A program made the position numbers and the translations under genes. Below, piece by piece: positions 29,516 to 38,738 of a stretch of DNA of 64,000 nucleotides (position 1 is the stretch's first letter; every line of letters begins with the position of its first letter). This stretch comes from an uncultured Cellvibrionales bacterium. GTDB lineage: Bacteria > Pseudomonadota > Gammaproteobacteria > Pseudomonadales > CAWVSB01. Location of the stretch: NCBI GenBank assembly GCA_963933215.1, contig CAWVSB010000010.1:32256-96255 (forward strand), in the 5' to 3' direction. The notes under the pieces are model-generated. The model had not been told where the DNA came from. It saw only the letters and a program-made list of their open reading frames with translations, and searched no databases.

Positions 29516-30400
29516 ATGTCTGTTATTTTAGTTACTGGCGCCAGCACCGGTATTGGCCAAGAAACCGCCCTTCACATGGCACGCAAAGGCTGCGAAGTTT
29601 ATGCCGCATGTCGCAGTCCCGATAAAGCTGACGAACTAAAACAAAAAATTGGTGAAGAAAATTTATCCGTGCATGTTATCCAAATGGATTTAGTCGATCC
29701 AGCCTCGATCAAAACTGCTATCAGCACCATTATGACGCAAAGTGGTCGCATCGATGGCCTCGTCAATAATGCTGGGATAGGCGGCGGTCAAGCCGTTGAA
29801 ATGACAAGCCTAGAAGATTCACGTAAGATTTTTGAAACTAATTACTTCGGCAACGTTAGTGTATTACGTGAAGTCACCCCGATCATGCGCAAGCAGAAGT
29901 CTGGCCGTATCGTCACGGTTGGCTCATTAGCGGGACAAACAGTAATGGGCTGCCATGCGCATTACTCTGCCTCGAAGTGGGCAATGGAAGGCTTGTCAGA
30001 AGCACTGGCTGCTGAAATGGCAGAGTTCAATGTAAAGATAGCAATTATTGAACCAGGCTGTGTAATCACACCAATTTGGGGCAAAGGCTCATTGCCCGAA
30101 GGCGAACAACCATACATCAACTCGTTAATGAAACTAGGCCGCTGGTTTGAATTTGGATTAACTCGGCCCGCTTATCCAACTGACTGCGCAGCCGCCATAG
30201 AGCATGCCTTAACCGCCGACAAACCCCAATTTAGATATCCAGTAGGCCATGATGCCAAAGAGCATGTAGCCGCCCGTAATAGTGTGACCGATGACGAATG
30301 GATGGAGGCTAACTGCCTGCAAGGGGAAGCCTATTATGATCGAATGGAAGAGCTGATAGGCGTTGATTATTTTCGTGGCGAATTGCCTACCTCTGAGTAA
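29516..30400 (+). CDS. Short-chain dehydrogenase/reductase (17beta-HSD-like classical SDR)
   Basis: TGASTGIG, NNAG, YSASK, IIEPG; RBS AGGAG. Confidence 0.9.
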   Translation: MSVILVTGASTGIGQETALHMARKGCEVYAACRSPDKADELKQKIGEENLSVHVIQMDLVDPASIKTAISTIMTQSGRIDGLVNNAGIGGGQAVEMTSLEDSRKIFETNYFGNVSVLREVTPIMRKQKSGRIVTVGSLAGQTVMGCHAHYSASKWAMEGLSEALAAEMAEFNVKIAIIEPGCVITPIWGKGSLPEGEQPYINSLMKLGRWFEFGLTRPAYPTDCAAAIEHALTADKPQFRYPVGHDAKEHVAARNSVTDDEWMEANCLQGEAYYDRMEELIGVDYFRGELPTSE

Positions 30401-30404
30401 CCAC

Positions 30405-30438
30405 GAACAACCGGAGTTGACGCTGACTCCGGTAGTTC
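30405..30438 (+). terminator. Stem-loop after SDR (probable terminator/3' stabiliser)
   Basis: GAAC-a-ACCGGAGTT...GACTCCGGT-a-GTTC; weak U tract. Confidence 0.5.
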
Positions 30439-30717
30439 AGTTAATTTATTAATCAGTAAACTCGACAGCACAGCGTTGAGTTATATTTTGAGCGCCCAAT
30501 CGGCGGTGAACAAATTCATTGACACCGCCCCAGCCTGCGTCGATAAAGGCGGTGTTTAAATGCCTGCCACGACAGGTAAAAACAGCTCATTATTAACTAA
30601 TATAACAATATAAGCCCAACTAATACGTTAATACTATCGCTTGCAGGCTGCGCCCTATATTCTGCGGCAAATGAATGGCTAGTGAGGCTTAATACTATGT
30701 TAGGGGTAGAAAACTCG

Positions 30718-30936
30718 ATGAATAAAATCAATCCTAAGAAGCTCCTTAATAGTAAATGGACAGCGGTTATACCAGCTAACAAAGAGAAGCACTTTCTTGT
30801 CACAGAGATGGAGTTCGATGAAGATGGTGATGTTATTCATTGTTTAATTGAGGCAGTTATATCTAACCGCTCACAGACAATTGATTGGCAGGAGCTAAAA
30901 AACACCGAGCAGTGGCTGCAAGGTTGGAAATATTGA
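30718..30936 (+). CDS. TIGR02450-type Trp-rich small protein
   Basis: MNKINPKKLLNSKWTAV.P.NKEKHFLVT...IDWQELK...WLQGW. Confidence 0.85.
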   Translation: MNKINPKKLLNSKWTAVIPANKEKHFLVTEMEFDEDGDVIHCLIEAVISNRSQTIDWQELKNTEQWLQGWKY

Positions 30937-31023
30937 TGGCCAATTTGATGTAAATAGGCAAACATCAGTCGCGCAAACACGATAAAGTAATGTTAACGAT
31001 CAACTACCTCTAGCAGACCAAAA

Positions 31024-31881
31024 TTGAAAATACCTAAACGGCTACAACCCCTTGTCGACGATGGCTTGATTAACGAAGTCAAAGGCCGACTAATGAGCGG
31101 TAAAGAAGCTGATATTTTCATTGTGCGCTGTGGTGATGATATTCGCTGCGCTAAAGTCTATAAAGATTCAATGAAACGCAGCTTTAAAAAAGCTGTTCAA
31201 TATCAAGAAGGCCGAAAAGTTCGCAGTGGGCGCCGAGCAAGAGCCATGGAAAAAGGCTCTAGCTATGGGCGCCAGCAGCAAGAAGAAGTTTGGCAAAATG
31301 CTGAAATTGACGCTTTATCACGGCTAAACAATGCTGGCGTGCGCGTACCAAAAACATTTGGTTGTGTCGATGGCGTTTTAATTATGGAATTAGTCACCGA
31401 CCAAGATGGTGATGTTGCACCGCAGCTCGGTGATGTAACGATGCCTGCAGAACAAGCGATTGAAGATCACACCTTGATGATGCATTACATAATGCTGATG
31501 CTTTGCGTGGGAATTGTACATGGAGATCTATCAGAATTTAATGTCCTGGTTGATGACCAAGGTCCAGTCATTATCGACTTGCCACAGGCAGTAAATGCTG
31601 CCGCTAATAACAACGCCGAAGAAATGTTCGCTCGTGATGTTAACAATATGCGCCGCTATTATGGCGAGTTTGCACCCGCCTTATTGAAGACACAATACGC
31701 CAAAGAAATGTGGGCGCTATTTGAAGAAGGTAAATTAACCACCAACTCAACCCTTACCGGGGAGTTTGAAGACGATAGCGATAGCGCTGATGTCGATTCG
31801 GTATTAGAAGAAATCAAGGCGGTAATACAAGAAGAGCAGGATCGCCAAGAGCTTATCAAGGAAGCCGAGCAGGACGACTGA
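31024..31881 (+). CDS. RIO1-like Ser/Thr protein kinase (PA4780 family)
   Basis: MKIPKRLQPL, LMSGKEA, CAKVYK, HGDLSEFN, IIDLPQAV. Confidence 0.9.
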   Translation: MKIPKRLQPLVDDGLINEVKGRLMSGKEADIFIVRCGDDIRCAKVYKDSMKRSFKKAVQYQEGRKVRSGRRARAMEKGSSYGRQQQEEVWQNAEIDALSRLNNAGVRVPKTFGCVDGVLIMELVTDQDGDVAPQLGDVTMPAEQAIEDHTLMMHYIMLMLCVGIVHGDLSEFNVLVDDQGPVIIDLPQAVNAAANNNAEEMFARDVNNMRRYYGEFAPALLKTQYAKEMWALFEEGKLTTNSTLTGEFEDDSDSADVDSVLEEIKAVIQEEQDRQELIKEAEQDD

Positions 31882-31972
31882 GTCTTGTTTTGCCCTAGCC
31901 CCGCAGTCATTTAACCCACCGCTGAACTAAAACATCCTTCACCGCGTATCTTTTGCCAACTAGTTATTAACG

Positions 31973-33427
31973 ATGGAAGGCAAGATGAGCAACCTTATTA
32001 CCCTAGATAAAACTATTGAGGTCACACGCAAGCTACATGAAGCCTTTGCCTATGTTGCTGAGTTCTCGCGGATTGAGCAATGGGATCCGGCTGTGGCTAA
32101 AGCCTCGAAGCTATCTAGTGGCAAGCCCGGCGTCGGCAGCCGCTATCAGATCGATATGAAAGCAGGTTTTACTCTGTACTACGAAATCATTGAGTTTGAA
32201 GCCAACAAGCGCCTACTAATGACGGTAGATTCAAAACTATTTACAGCCGAAGAAGAAATTTTATTTACCACTAGCGGCAGCAGTACCAAGGTTCGCTATA
32301 TTGCCAACTTTAACTTCCCTGCACCCGTGGCCATGATCAGTCGATTAAGTCCTGCAGTGATGGACTGGGTCGGCAATGCTGCCCTTGAAGGCTTGCGACA
32401 AGCCTTAGAAGGAAATTTTGCTACTCCCAAAGCGTCAACAGCGCTGGCCATTGCCGATAAGCTAATATTACCCGGAGTTTGGCGCTTTACCCGCTTGGGT
32501 TATACAAATTCTCGTAAGCGCTGGAATGCGCTATCCGCATACATGGGTGATCGCCATGCAGTAATAACCGGCGCAACCTCTGGCATTGGCTTGGCAGCAG
32601 CAAAACAATTAGCTGCACTCGGTGCGCAGCTGACATTGGTAGTGCGTGACGAAAACAAGGCTAAGCAAGTTGTCGCTGAGCTAGCACAACAAACTGGCAA
32701 CACTCGAATCAATATAGAGCTTGCCGACATGTCGCTGATGAAAGATGTACACGCCCTAGCAGGCCGTTTACTTAAAGCCGGTAAGCCGGTTGATATATTA
32801 ATCAACAATGCCGGCGCGTTGTTTAATCCACGCCAACAAACTACTGAGGGTGTAGAGCAGAGTTTTGCCCTACTGCTTCTTGGGCCTTATATACTTACCG
32901 AAAGATTACATCCATTGCTGGTAAAGTCGGAATCAGCAAGAGTGGTAAATGTATTGTCTGGTGGGATGTACTCGCAAAAAATTCAAGTCAACAACTTACA
33001 AAGCCAACGCGGCGAATACTCCGGTTCTGCAGCCTATGCGAGGGCAAAACGCGGCTTAATGATTTTAACCGAAGAGTGGGCTAAGCGCTGGCAAGGTGAT
33101 GCTATAAGCGTCAATGCAATGCACCCTGGCTGGGTGGATACGCCAGGGGTTGTTAATGCCCTACCTGAGTTTTATCGAGTGACTAAGCGTGTACTGCGGA
33201 CACCTGAGCAAGGCGCTGACACGATTACATGGTTAGCTGCTGCCAAAGAAGCGGGCACAGTATCGGGTAAGTTTTGGCTAGATCGAGAGCAACACCCCAG
33301 TCATCTGTCGAAACGTACAATTGAAACCCAAAGCCAGCGCGACGAACTGCTGCAGGCATTAGCAGCATTGATAAAGAGCACTGCAGCGGCTAAAACAAAA
33401 CGCCGTAGCAAGGCTAAGGCAAGCTAA
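31973..33427 (+). CDS. SRPBCC (START-like) domain fused to a DHRS12-like SDR
   Basis: N-terminal FAYVAEFSRIEQWDP...GVGSRY; C-terminal TGATSGIG, INNAG, YARAK, MHPGWVDTPG. Start may be a few codons downstream (MSNL). Confidence 0.85.
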   Translation: MEGKMSNLITLDKTIEVTRKLHEAFAYVAEFSRIEQWDPAVAKASKLSSGKPGVGSRYQIDMKAGFTLYYEIIEFEANKRLLMTVDSKLFTAEEEILFTTSGSSTKVRYIANFNFPAPVAMISRLSPAVMDWVGNAALEGLRQALEGNFATPKASTALAIADKLILPGVWRFTRLGYTNSRKRWNALSAYMGDRHAVITGATSGIGLAAAKQLAALGAQLTLVVRDENKAKQVVAELAQQTGNTRINIELADMSLMKDVHALAGRLLKAGKPVDILINNAGALFNPRQQTTEGVEQSFALLLLGPYILTERLHPLLVKSESARVVNVLSGGMYSQKIQVNNLQSQRGEYSGSAAYARAKRGLMILTEEWAKRWQGDAISVNAMHPGWVDTPGVVNALPEFYRVTKRVLRTPEQGADTITWLAAAKEAGTVSGKFWLDREQHPSHLSKRTIETQSQRDELLQALAALIKSTAAAKTKRRSKAKAS

Positions 33428-33640
33428 TAACTTGATATCTGCCTGAGCTTTGCCAGCATTTAATCGCTAGTAACAAGCTCAAGGCAGTGGCCCATACGAG
33501 CCAGTCAACCTTGGGTTGAAGCGGACATACCGTCACAGCGACTTAGGCCAAAGTGACTTAACTGGCTTCACTCATCTACAACCAAAGCCACTCCACAATA
33601 AACAATAGTCCTACACACATCATAAAATCTCTCTTGCAAT

Positions 33641-33672
33641 TTATATTGTACGCAATATAATTGATAACAATT
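33641..33672. promoter_or_regulatory. OhrR/MarR-type operator palindromes
   Basis: TTATATTG-TACG-CAATATAA followed by AATTG-ATAA-CAATT, upstream of the membrane protein-MarR pair. Confidence 0.65.
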
Positions 33673-33700
33673 TATATTACGATCACATTGAGAGAAAATC

Positions 33701-34186
33701 ATGTCACTAAGCATTTTAGGTATTTTTCATACAATTTTTGGCTTGGGCGCCATATTAGTAGCCGCTTACATACTCTGCAAAGACAAGCAATTTGGGCTTA
33801 ACGGTGGCTTAAACAAGTTCTACCTTGCAGCAACTGTATTTACCGCAGCAAGTGCACTAGGTATCTACAAACAGGGAGAGTTTAATGGGGCTCACGGTTT
33901 AGCTGTATTGACTATTTTGGCCGTTGTTGCCGGTATCATTGCCACTAAACTTACTTTTTTAGGTGGTCTAAAAAAGTATCTTGTTGCTCTGTGTTTTTCT
34001 TCAACAATGCTGTTTCACTTACTCCCCACTGCAACCGAAATTTTGACACGCTTTCCGATGGACGCGCCAATGGTTAGCTCACTGCAAGATCCTCTACTGT
34101 TAAAAACATTTGCCATAATAGGTGTATGCTTTGTGATTTTACTTGCCCTACAATTAAATTGGCTACATAAAAACGAAAAGACATAA
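33701..34186 (+). CDS. Integral membrane protein (about 5 TM, His-containing)
   Basis: Hydrophobic segments; GIFHT, GAHGL, LFHLLP. Confidence 0.7.
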   Translation: MSLSILGIFHTIFGLGAILVAAYILCKDKQFGLNGGLNKFYLAATVFTAASALGIYKQGEFNGAHGLAVLTILAVVAGIIATKLTFLGGLKKYLVALCFSSTMLFHLLPTATEILTRFPMDAPMVSSLQDPLLLKTFAIIGVCFVILLALQLNWLHKNEKT

Positions 34187-34196
34187 AGGTAATAAT

Positions 34197-34643
34197 ATGA
34201 CGCAAGACGCTAGCGATGCAGCAGCACTGTTATTTGACAATCAAATTTGTTTTCCGCTGTATAGTGCTGCCAATGCCATGGTGCGCGTTTATCGCCCGCT
34301 GCTAAAAGAGCTGGACGTCACTTACCTGCAGTACATGGTATTAATGCTGTTATGGGAACGAAAGACGCAAAATGTTAAAGAACTAGGGCAACAGCTTCGC
34401 TTAGATTCAGGAACATTAACGCCGCTGTTGAAGCGACTCGAGCAAAAGGATTTGGTAACACGCAGCCGCAGTAAAGTTGATGAGCGAGTACGTGTTATTA
34501 CCATTACCAAGCAAGGCTTGGCATTAAAAACTAAGGCCAAAGACATTCCAACTAAACTGGCCTGTAAGGTCGGCTTATCCAAACCACGTATTAAAGAATT
34601 TAATACTATGTGTCTAGAGTTACTGGCCTTTCTGGACGATTAA
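34197..34643 (+). CDS. ohrR: MarR family regulator, OhrR-like
   Basis: DNQICFPLYSA (redox Cys), YRPLLKELDVTYLQYMV, LDSGTLTPLLKRLE, DER. Confidence 0.8.
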   Translation: MTQDASDAAALLFDNQICFPLYSAANAMVRVYRPLLKELDVTYLQYMVLMLLWERKTQNVKELGQQLRLDSGTLTPLLKRLEQKDLVTRSRSKVDERVRVITITKQGLALKTKAKDIPTKLACKVGLSKPRIKEFNTMCLELLAFLDD

Positions 34644-34653
34644 AAAAATGCCC

Positions 34654-35688
34654 CTAGGCAAACTTGGTTAATACCTTACATTGACCACTTGGCGTTCTTA
34701 ACGCTTCAAACGCTTCAGGCAGTTCATCTATGGTGACTATGTCAGTAATCATAGAGGCGACCTCTATTCGGCCTTGGGCCATCATCGCTACTGTCGTTTC
34801 AAAATCGTCTTTGGTATAAGCGATGGCAAACTGTAGACGGACTTCTTTAATCAACGCTAAAAATGGCATGATGGCATCCGGTTGCTCACACACCCCCACT
34901 GGAATAATTTTACTGCCAAACGAGGCTAGCTCAATGCATTGCTGCAGTAAGCCCGGCGCACCAACGCATTCAAAAATGACATCAGCTCCACCACCGGTAA
35001 TATCACCAAACTGCTGACTAAGCCCTGCAGTGCCGGCGTCAATATCTGGTCTAATAATATCGGTAGCGCCCATACTTTTGGCCAGCGCTGCGCGTGATTG
35101 GGCCAGTTCGCTAACGACAACATCGCGCGCGCCAAAAAAACGCGCCCATGCTGCTACCGCTAAGCCAATCGGCCCTGCACCAATAATTAGTACCCGGTCG
35201 CCGGCTTGTAAATCAGCAACCCGCACAGCATGTAGTCCTACTGCCATAGGCTCAATTAGCGCAGCGTGCTGCATACTGAGGTCATCTGGTAGCAATAGTG
35301 TTTCGCGGCTGCCAGTGGTGACATATTCAGCAAAGCCGCCGGGGGCATCTACCCCAGAAACTTTTTTATTTAAGCATTCAAAAAACCGACCAGTCGCGCA
35401 GGCTGCACATTTACCACAGGCAATAAATGGTAGTGCACAAACACGGTCACCGACTTGCCAGTTGCCATCGGCTTCTTTGCCTACTTCAGCAATTTCACCA
35501 ACGTATTCATGCCCCAGTACTTGGCCACAACAGGCAGTAGTTAAACCTTCACGGGTGGCATGTAGATCAGTTCCGCATACGCCGCAGTAACTTACTTTTA
35601 TTACCAACTCAGACGGTTCTGGCGTTGGATCTGCAACGTTTTCCACCGCTAATGGTGTCCCCACTTGTTTAAATACTGCGGCTTTCAT
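34654..35688 (-). CDS. Zn-dependent alcohol dehydrogenase (MDR family)
   Basis: GVCGTDLH, GHE, CGKCAAC...C, GAGPIG. Confidence 0.9.
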   Translation of the reverse strand: MKAAVFKQVGTPLAVENVADPTPEPSELVIKVSYCGVCGTDLHATREGLTTACCGQVLGHEYVGEIAEVGKEADGNWQVGDRVCALPFIACGKCAACATGRFFECLNKKVSGVDAPGGFAEYVTTGSRETLLLPDDLSMQHAALIEPMAVGLHAVRVADLQAGDRVLIIGAGPIGLAVAAWARFFGARDVVVSELAQSRAALAKSMGATDIIRPDIDAGTAGLSQQFGDITGGGADVIFECVGAPGLLQQCIELASFGSKIIPVGVCEQPDAIMPFLALIKEVRLQFAIAYTKDDFETTVAMMAQGRIEVASMITDIVTIDELPEAFEALRTPSGQCKVLTKFA

Positions 35689-35731
35689 AATCTATTCCAA
35701 TACTTGTTATTATTTTTTAAACTGTAAGTGA

Positions 35732-36352
35732 CTAACCTACAGTGGCTGCGGCTGACGGGCGCTCGCCTACTCTGGCAAACCATGCCTGTATATTTGCCAG
35801 CTCGGCTGGAATACCTTGACCAATCAAATTACCAAAGTCAGCAAAGACATAAAGCTGAACATCAGCCAAGGTAAAACGCTCACCACAAACATATTGTTTA
35901 TCGCCCATTAATCCATCTAACCATGCCCAGCTTTCTTGCACGATAGCTTTTAAATCATCAGCAGCATGAGGAATAACACGACAACGGCTTTCAAACATTG
36001 GTAAACCTTCAGCGCTTCTGAAGGCTAGCGTTAACGGCTCAAGGATTTTGCCATCAATACGACGGCTCCACATACGCGTTTCTGCACGTTCTTCTGGGGT
36101 AGTACCAATTAAAGAATCACCATCAGAAATTTCATCTAAATAGGAGCAAATAACGGTACTTTCAGCCAACGCCATACCGTTGTCTAAAATTAAGCAAGGT
36201 GACTGCGCCGAAGGATTTAATTTTTTATACTCATCATTAAGATTTTCTCCGGCCATAATATCTATTTCGACTCGGTCAATCTCGACACCGCGCTCGATCA
36301 TAAACATATTTACAACCCGAGGGTTTGGACCAACTGACGTATATAGCTTCAT
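35732..36352 (-). CDS. Glutathione S-transferase family protein
   Basis: MKLYTSVGPNPRVV, LNPSAQSPCL, ESTVICSYL, FTLADV. ATG at 36352. Confidence 0.88.
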   Translation of the reverse strand: MKLYTSVGPNPRVVNMFMIERGVEIDRVEIDIMAGENLNDEYKKLNPSAQSPCLILDNGMALAESTVICSYLDEISDGDSLIGTTPEERAETRMWSRRIDGKILEPLTLAFRSAEGLPMFESRCRVIPHAADDLKAIVQESWAWLDGLMGDKQYVCGERFTLADVQLYVFADFGNLIGQGIPAELANIQAWFARVGERPSAAATVG

Positions 36353-36403
36353 TATCTTCTCACTTGTTATCAATTATAAATCGCTAGTTTTAAGCCGACA
36401 CTA

Positions 36404-37639
36404 TTACTTTTTATCAAAAGTAATATGTAGCTCTTTTAGGCCTCGCAATACAACATTAGGCCAATGAGTTAAGTCATTTTTATCTTTTGCTAATGTTATA
36501 TTAGTTAGGCGCTGTAATATTTTACTAAAAGCTACGTTCATTTCTTTACGACCTAACATAGCGCCTGGGCAAAAGTGTACACCTTGGCCGAAAGCAATAT
36601 GGTCTTTAGCATTACGTCGACAAACATCCATATTTTCAGCGTCATCAAACACTTCTTCATCGCGGTTACCTGAGGCATAACGCAGCATCAACAAGCTATC
36701 TTTAGCAATGGCAACGCCATCAATCTCGGTATCGCGAGTTACCACCCGCCAAATCCCGGCAGTTGGCGATGATAATCGCAGCATTTCTTCTACGGCGTTG
36801 CCCATTGTCGACATATCTTCCAGTACAGCTTTCATTTGCATAGGCAGCTGAATAAGATTCAGCAAGCCTTCAGCTATCGATGAGGTGGTGGTCTCATTAC
36901 CAGCAACTAACAATTGTTGCACCATGCTAAGTAGCTCCTCCATTGTCATCAACCGGCCATCGTCAATTTGGGTGTTGGCCAAATCTGAAATCATATCGTC
37001 TTGAGGCTGTTTCCGGCGCTGCTCAATCACATCGGCCATGTAGAGTTGGTACTCAACAATTAGTTGTGCATTTTCTATTTCTTCCTCAGCTGTCACCATC
37101 CCCCCAAGGCGTGAAGCAAACGCATCTGACCAGCTTTTAAAACTGTCCAAGCCGCTACGTGGCACACCCAACTGGTCGGCAATGACATACACTGGCAATG
37201 GCGTCGCAAAGTCTTTAATAAACTCACATTCACCCTTGTCAATAAAACTATCGATTAACTCATCAGCTATTTGTTCGATATAGCCGTGCATTTTCTCTAC
37301 TCGTTTGGCCGAGAAAACTTTATTGATTAAGTTACGATATACCCGGTGGCGAGGTGGATCCATAGTTAGCAATGTATCGACTTGCTCATAGCCATCTTCA
37401 TATATTTTTGCCGCTGCTGGAGTTGGTTCTGGCCCCTGTAGCAGATGTTTAAAGTCACTAGAGAACAGCTCAGTATCTTTTAACGCGCGCCGAATATCGC
37501 CATGTTTAGACACCATAAATATATTGGTTTCTGGCAGTTGGTAAACCGGTGCTTGGTCACGTAAAGCCTTATAAAACGTGAATGGACACTCGATTGTCTC
37601 GGGGTCAAAAAAATCAAAATCAGCGACTGACTTACTCAT
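36404..37639 (-). CDS. Cytochrome P450
   Basis: MDPPRH, AGNETT, EEMLR, FGQGVHFCPG heme motif. ATG at 37639 with AAGGAG RBS. Confidence 0.93.
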   Translation of the reverse strand: MSKSVADFDFFDPETIECPFTFYKALRDQAPVYQLPETNIFMVSKHGDIRRALKDTELFSSDFKHLLQGPEPTPAAAKIYEDGYEQVDTLLTMDPPRHRVYRNLINKVFSAKRVEKMHGYIEQIADELIDSFIDKGECEFIKDFATPLPVYVIADQLGVPRSGLDSFKSWSDAFASRLGGMVTAEEEIENAQLIVEYQLYMADVIEQRRKQPQDDMISDLANTQIDDGRLMTMEELLSMVQQLLVAGNETTTSSIAEGLLNLIQLPMQMKAVLEDMSTMGNAVEEMLRLSSPTAGIWRVVTRDTEIDGVAIAKDSLLMLRYASGNRDEEVFDDAENMDVCRRNAKDHIAFGQGVHFCPGAMLGRKEMNVAFSKILQRLTNITLAKDKNDLTHWPNVVLRGLKELHITFDKK

Positions 37640-37726
37640 TGAACTTACTCCTTGCAATAGCCATTATTGGAATTTTGGATTGGCTATATTCGTTAATTCT
37701 GACCGTCACAGTATCCGAAGAAAAAT

Positions 37727-37749
37727 AAACAGTCAAATCTGATTGTTTT
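37727..37749. promoter_or_regulatory. Palindromic operator, copy 3 (AAACAGTCA-AATC-TGATTGTTT)
   Basis: Near-perfect palindrome in the divergent P450/SDR intergenic region. Confidence 0.65.
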
Positions 37750-37862
37750 TTTTCGAGAGGTTTGCTAATGTGACTTTTAACTTAAAAACAATAACTAACA
37801 ATGCTCTTTCTACGGCACATGTAAGCTCATTTACACTGCCACAACCACCACAGGAGAAATTC

Positions 37863-38624
37863 ATGGATCTCGGACTATCTGGCAAAAAAGCTGTCATTAC
37901 TGGATCAACTCGTGGCATTGGCCGCGCCATTGCTAACCTTTTAGCAGACGAAGGCGTGGCTCTAGCGATATGTTCACGCAACCAGGAAGAAGTCGACTCA
38001 GCGGTTGCCGACCTAAGCGCTAAAGGCGTTAAAGTTATCGGTAACGTGGTAGATGTTGCTGATAAAGAGACTTACCAAGCATGGATTGCAAAGGTCGGCA
38101 AAGAACTTGGCGGTATCGATATTTTTGTACCCAATGTCAGTGCTGGCGGTGGCATGCAAGGAGATGAAGGCTGGAAGGCGAATTTAGAAGTAGACGTACT
38201 GGGAACTACCCGTGGCATAGAGGCGTGCATGCCATTTTTGGAAGCCTCAGCAGCCGCTTCAATTATTATTATTTCCAGCACCGCTGGAGTCGAAACGTTT
38301 ATGGCTGCCAATCCATATAATGCCATCAAAGGTGCGTTAATTGTCCATGGCAAGCAACTTAGTCAAGCCTTAGCGCCACAAGGCATTCGCGTTAACTGTG
38401 TCTCACCAGGCCCTATCTTCATTGAAGGTGGTGCATGGGACTTTATTAAAAACAATATGACGGAAGTCTATGACGCCACTCTAGCCCAATGTCCGCAAGG
38501 CCGCATGGGCAGTGCTGAAGAGATTGCCAACAGCGTAGCGTTTTTAGCTAGCCCTGCGGCCAGCTTGATCACCGGTGTCAACTTAGTTGCCGACGGTGGT
38601 TTTACTAAGCGCGTGCAGTTGTAA
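37863..38624 (+). CDS. Short-chain dehydrogenase/reductase
   Basis: MDLGLSGKKAVITGSTRGIG, YNAIK, VSPGPI, ADGG; RBS AGGAG. Confidence 0.9.
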   Translation: MDLGLSGKKAVITGSTRGIGRAIANLLADEGVALAICSRNQEEVDSAVADLSAKGVKVIGNVVDVADKETYQAWIAKVGKELGGIDIFVPNVSAGGGMQGDEGWKANLEVDVLGTTRGIEACMPFLEASAAASIIIISSTAGVETFMAANPYNAIKGALIVHGKQLSQALAPQGIRVNCVSPGPIFIEGGAWDFIKNNMTEVYDATLAQCPQGRMGSAEEIANSVAFLASPAASLITGVNLVADGGFTKRVQL

Positions 38625-38643
38625 CTAAGCTGTTAGCACTACC

Positions 38644-38676
38644 TAATAGCCGAGCCCTGCTCGGCTATTATTTTTT
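38644..38676 (+). terminator. Rho-independent terminator
   Basis: TAATAGCCGAGC-cct-GCTCGGCTATTA followed by TTTTTT. Confidence 0.85.
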
Positions 38677-38738
38677 CTTAAGTCAGCTCCCAAAAGTCAG
38701 TTTGATCAGATCAGTAGTCAAACAATGGAATAATAAAT

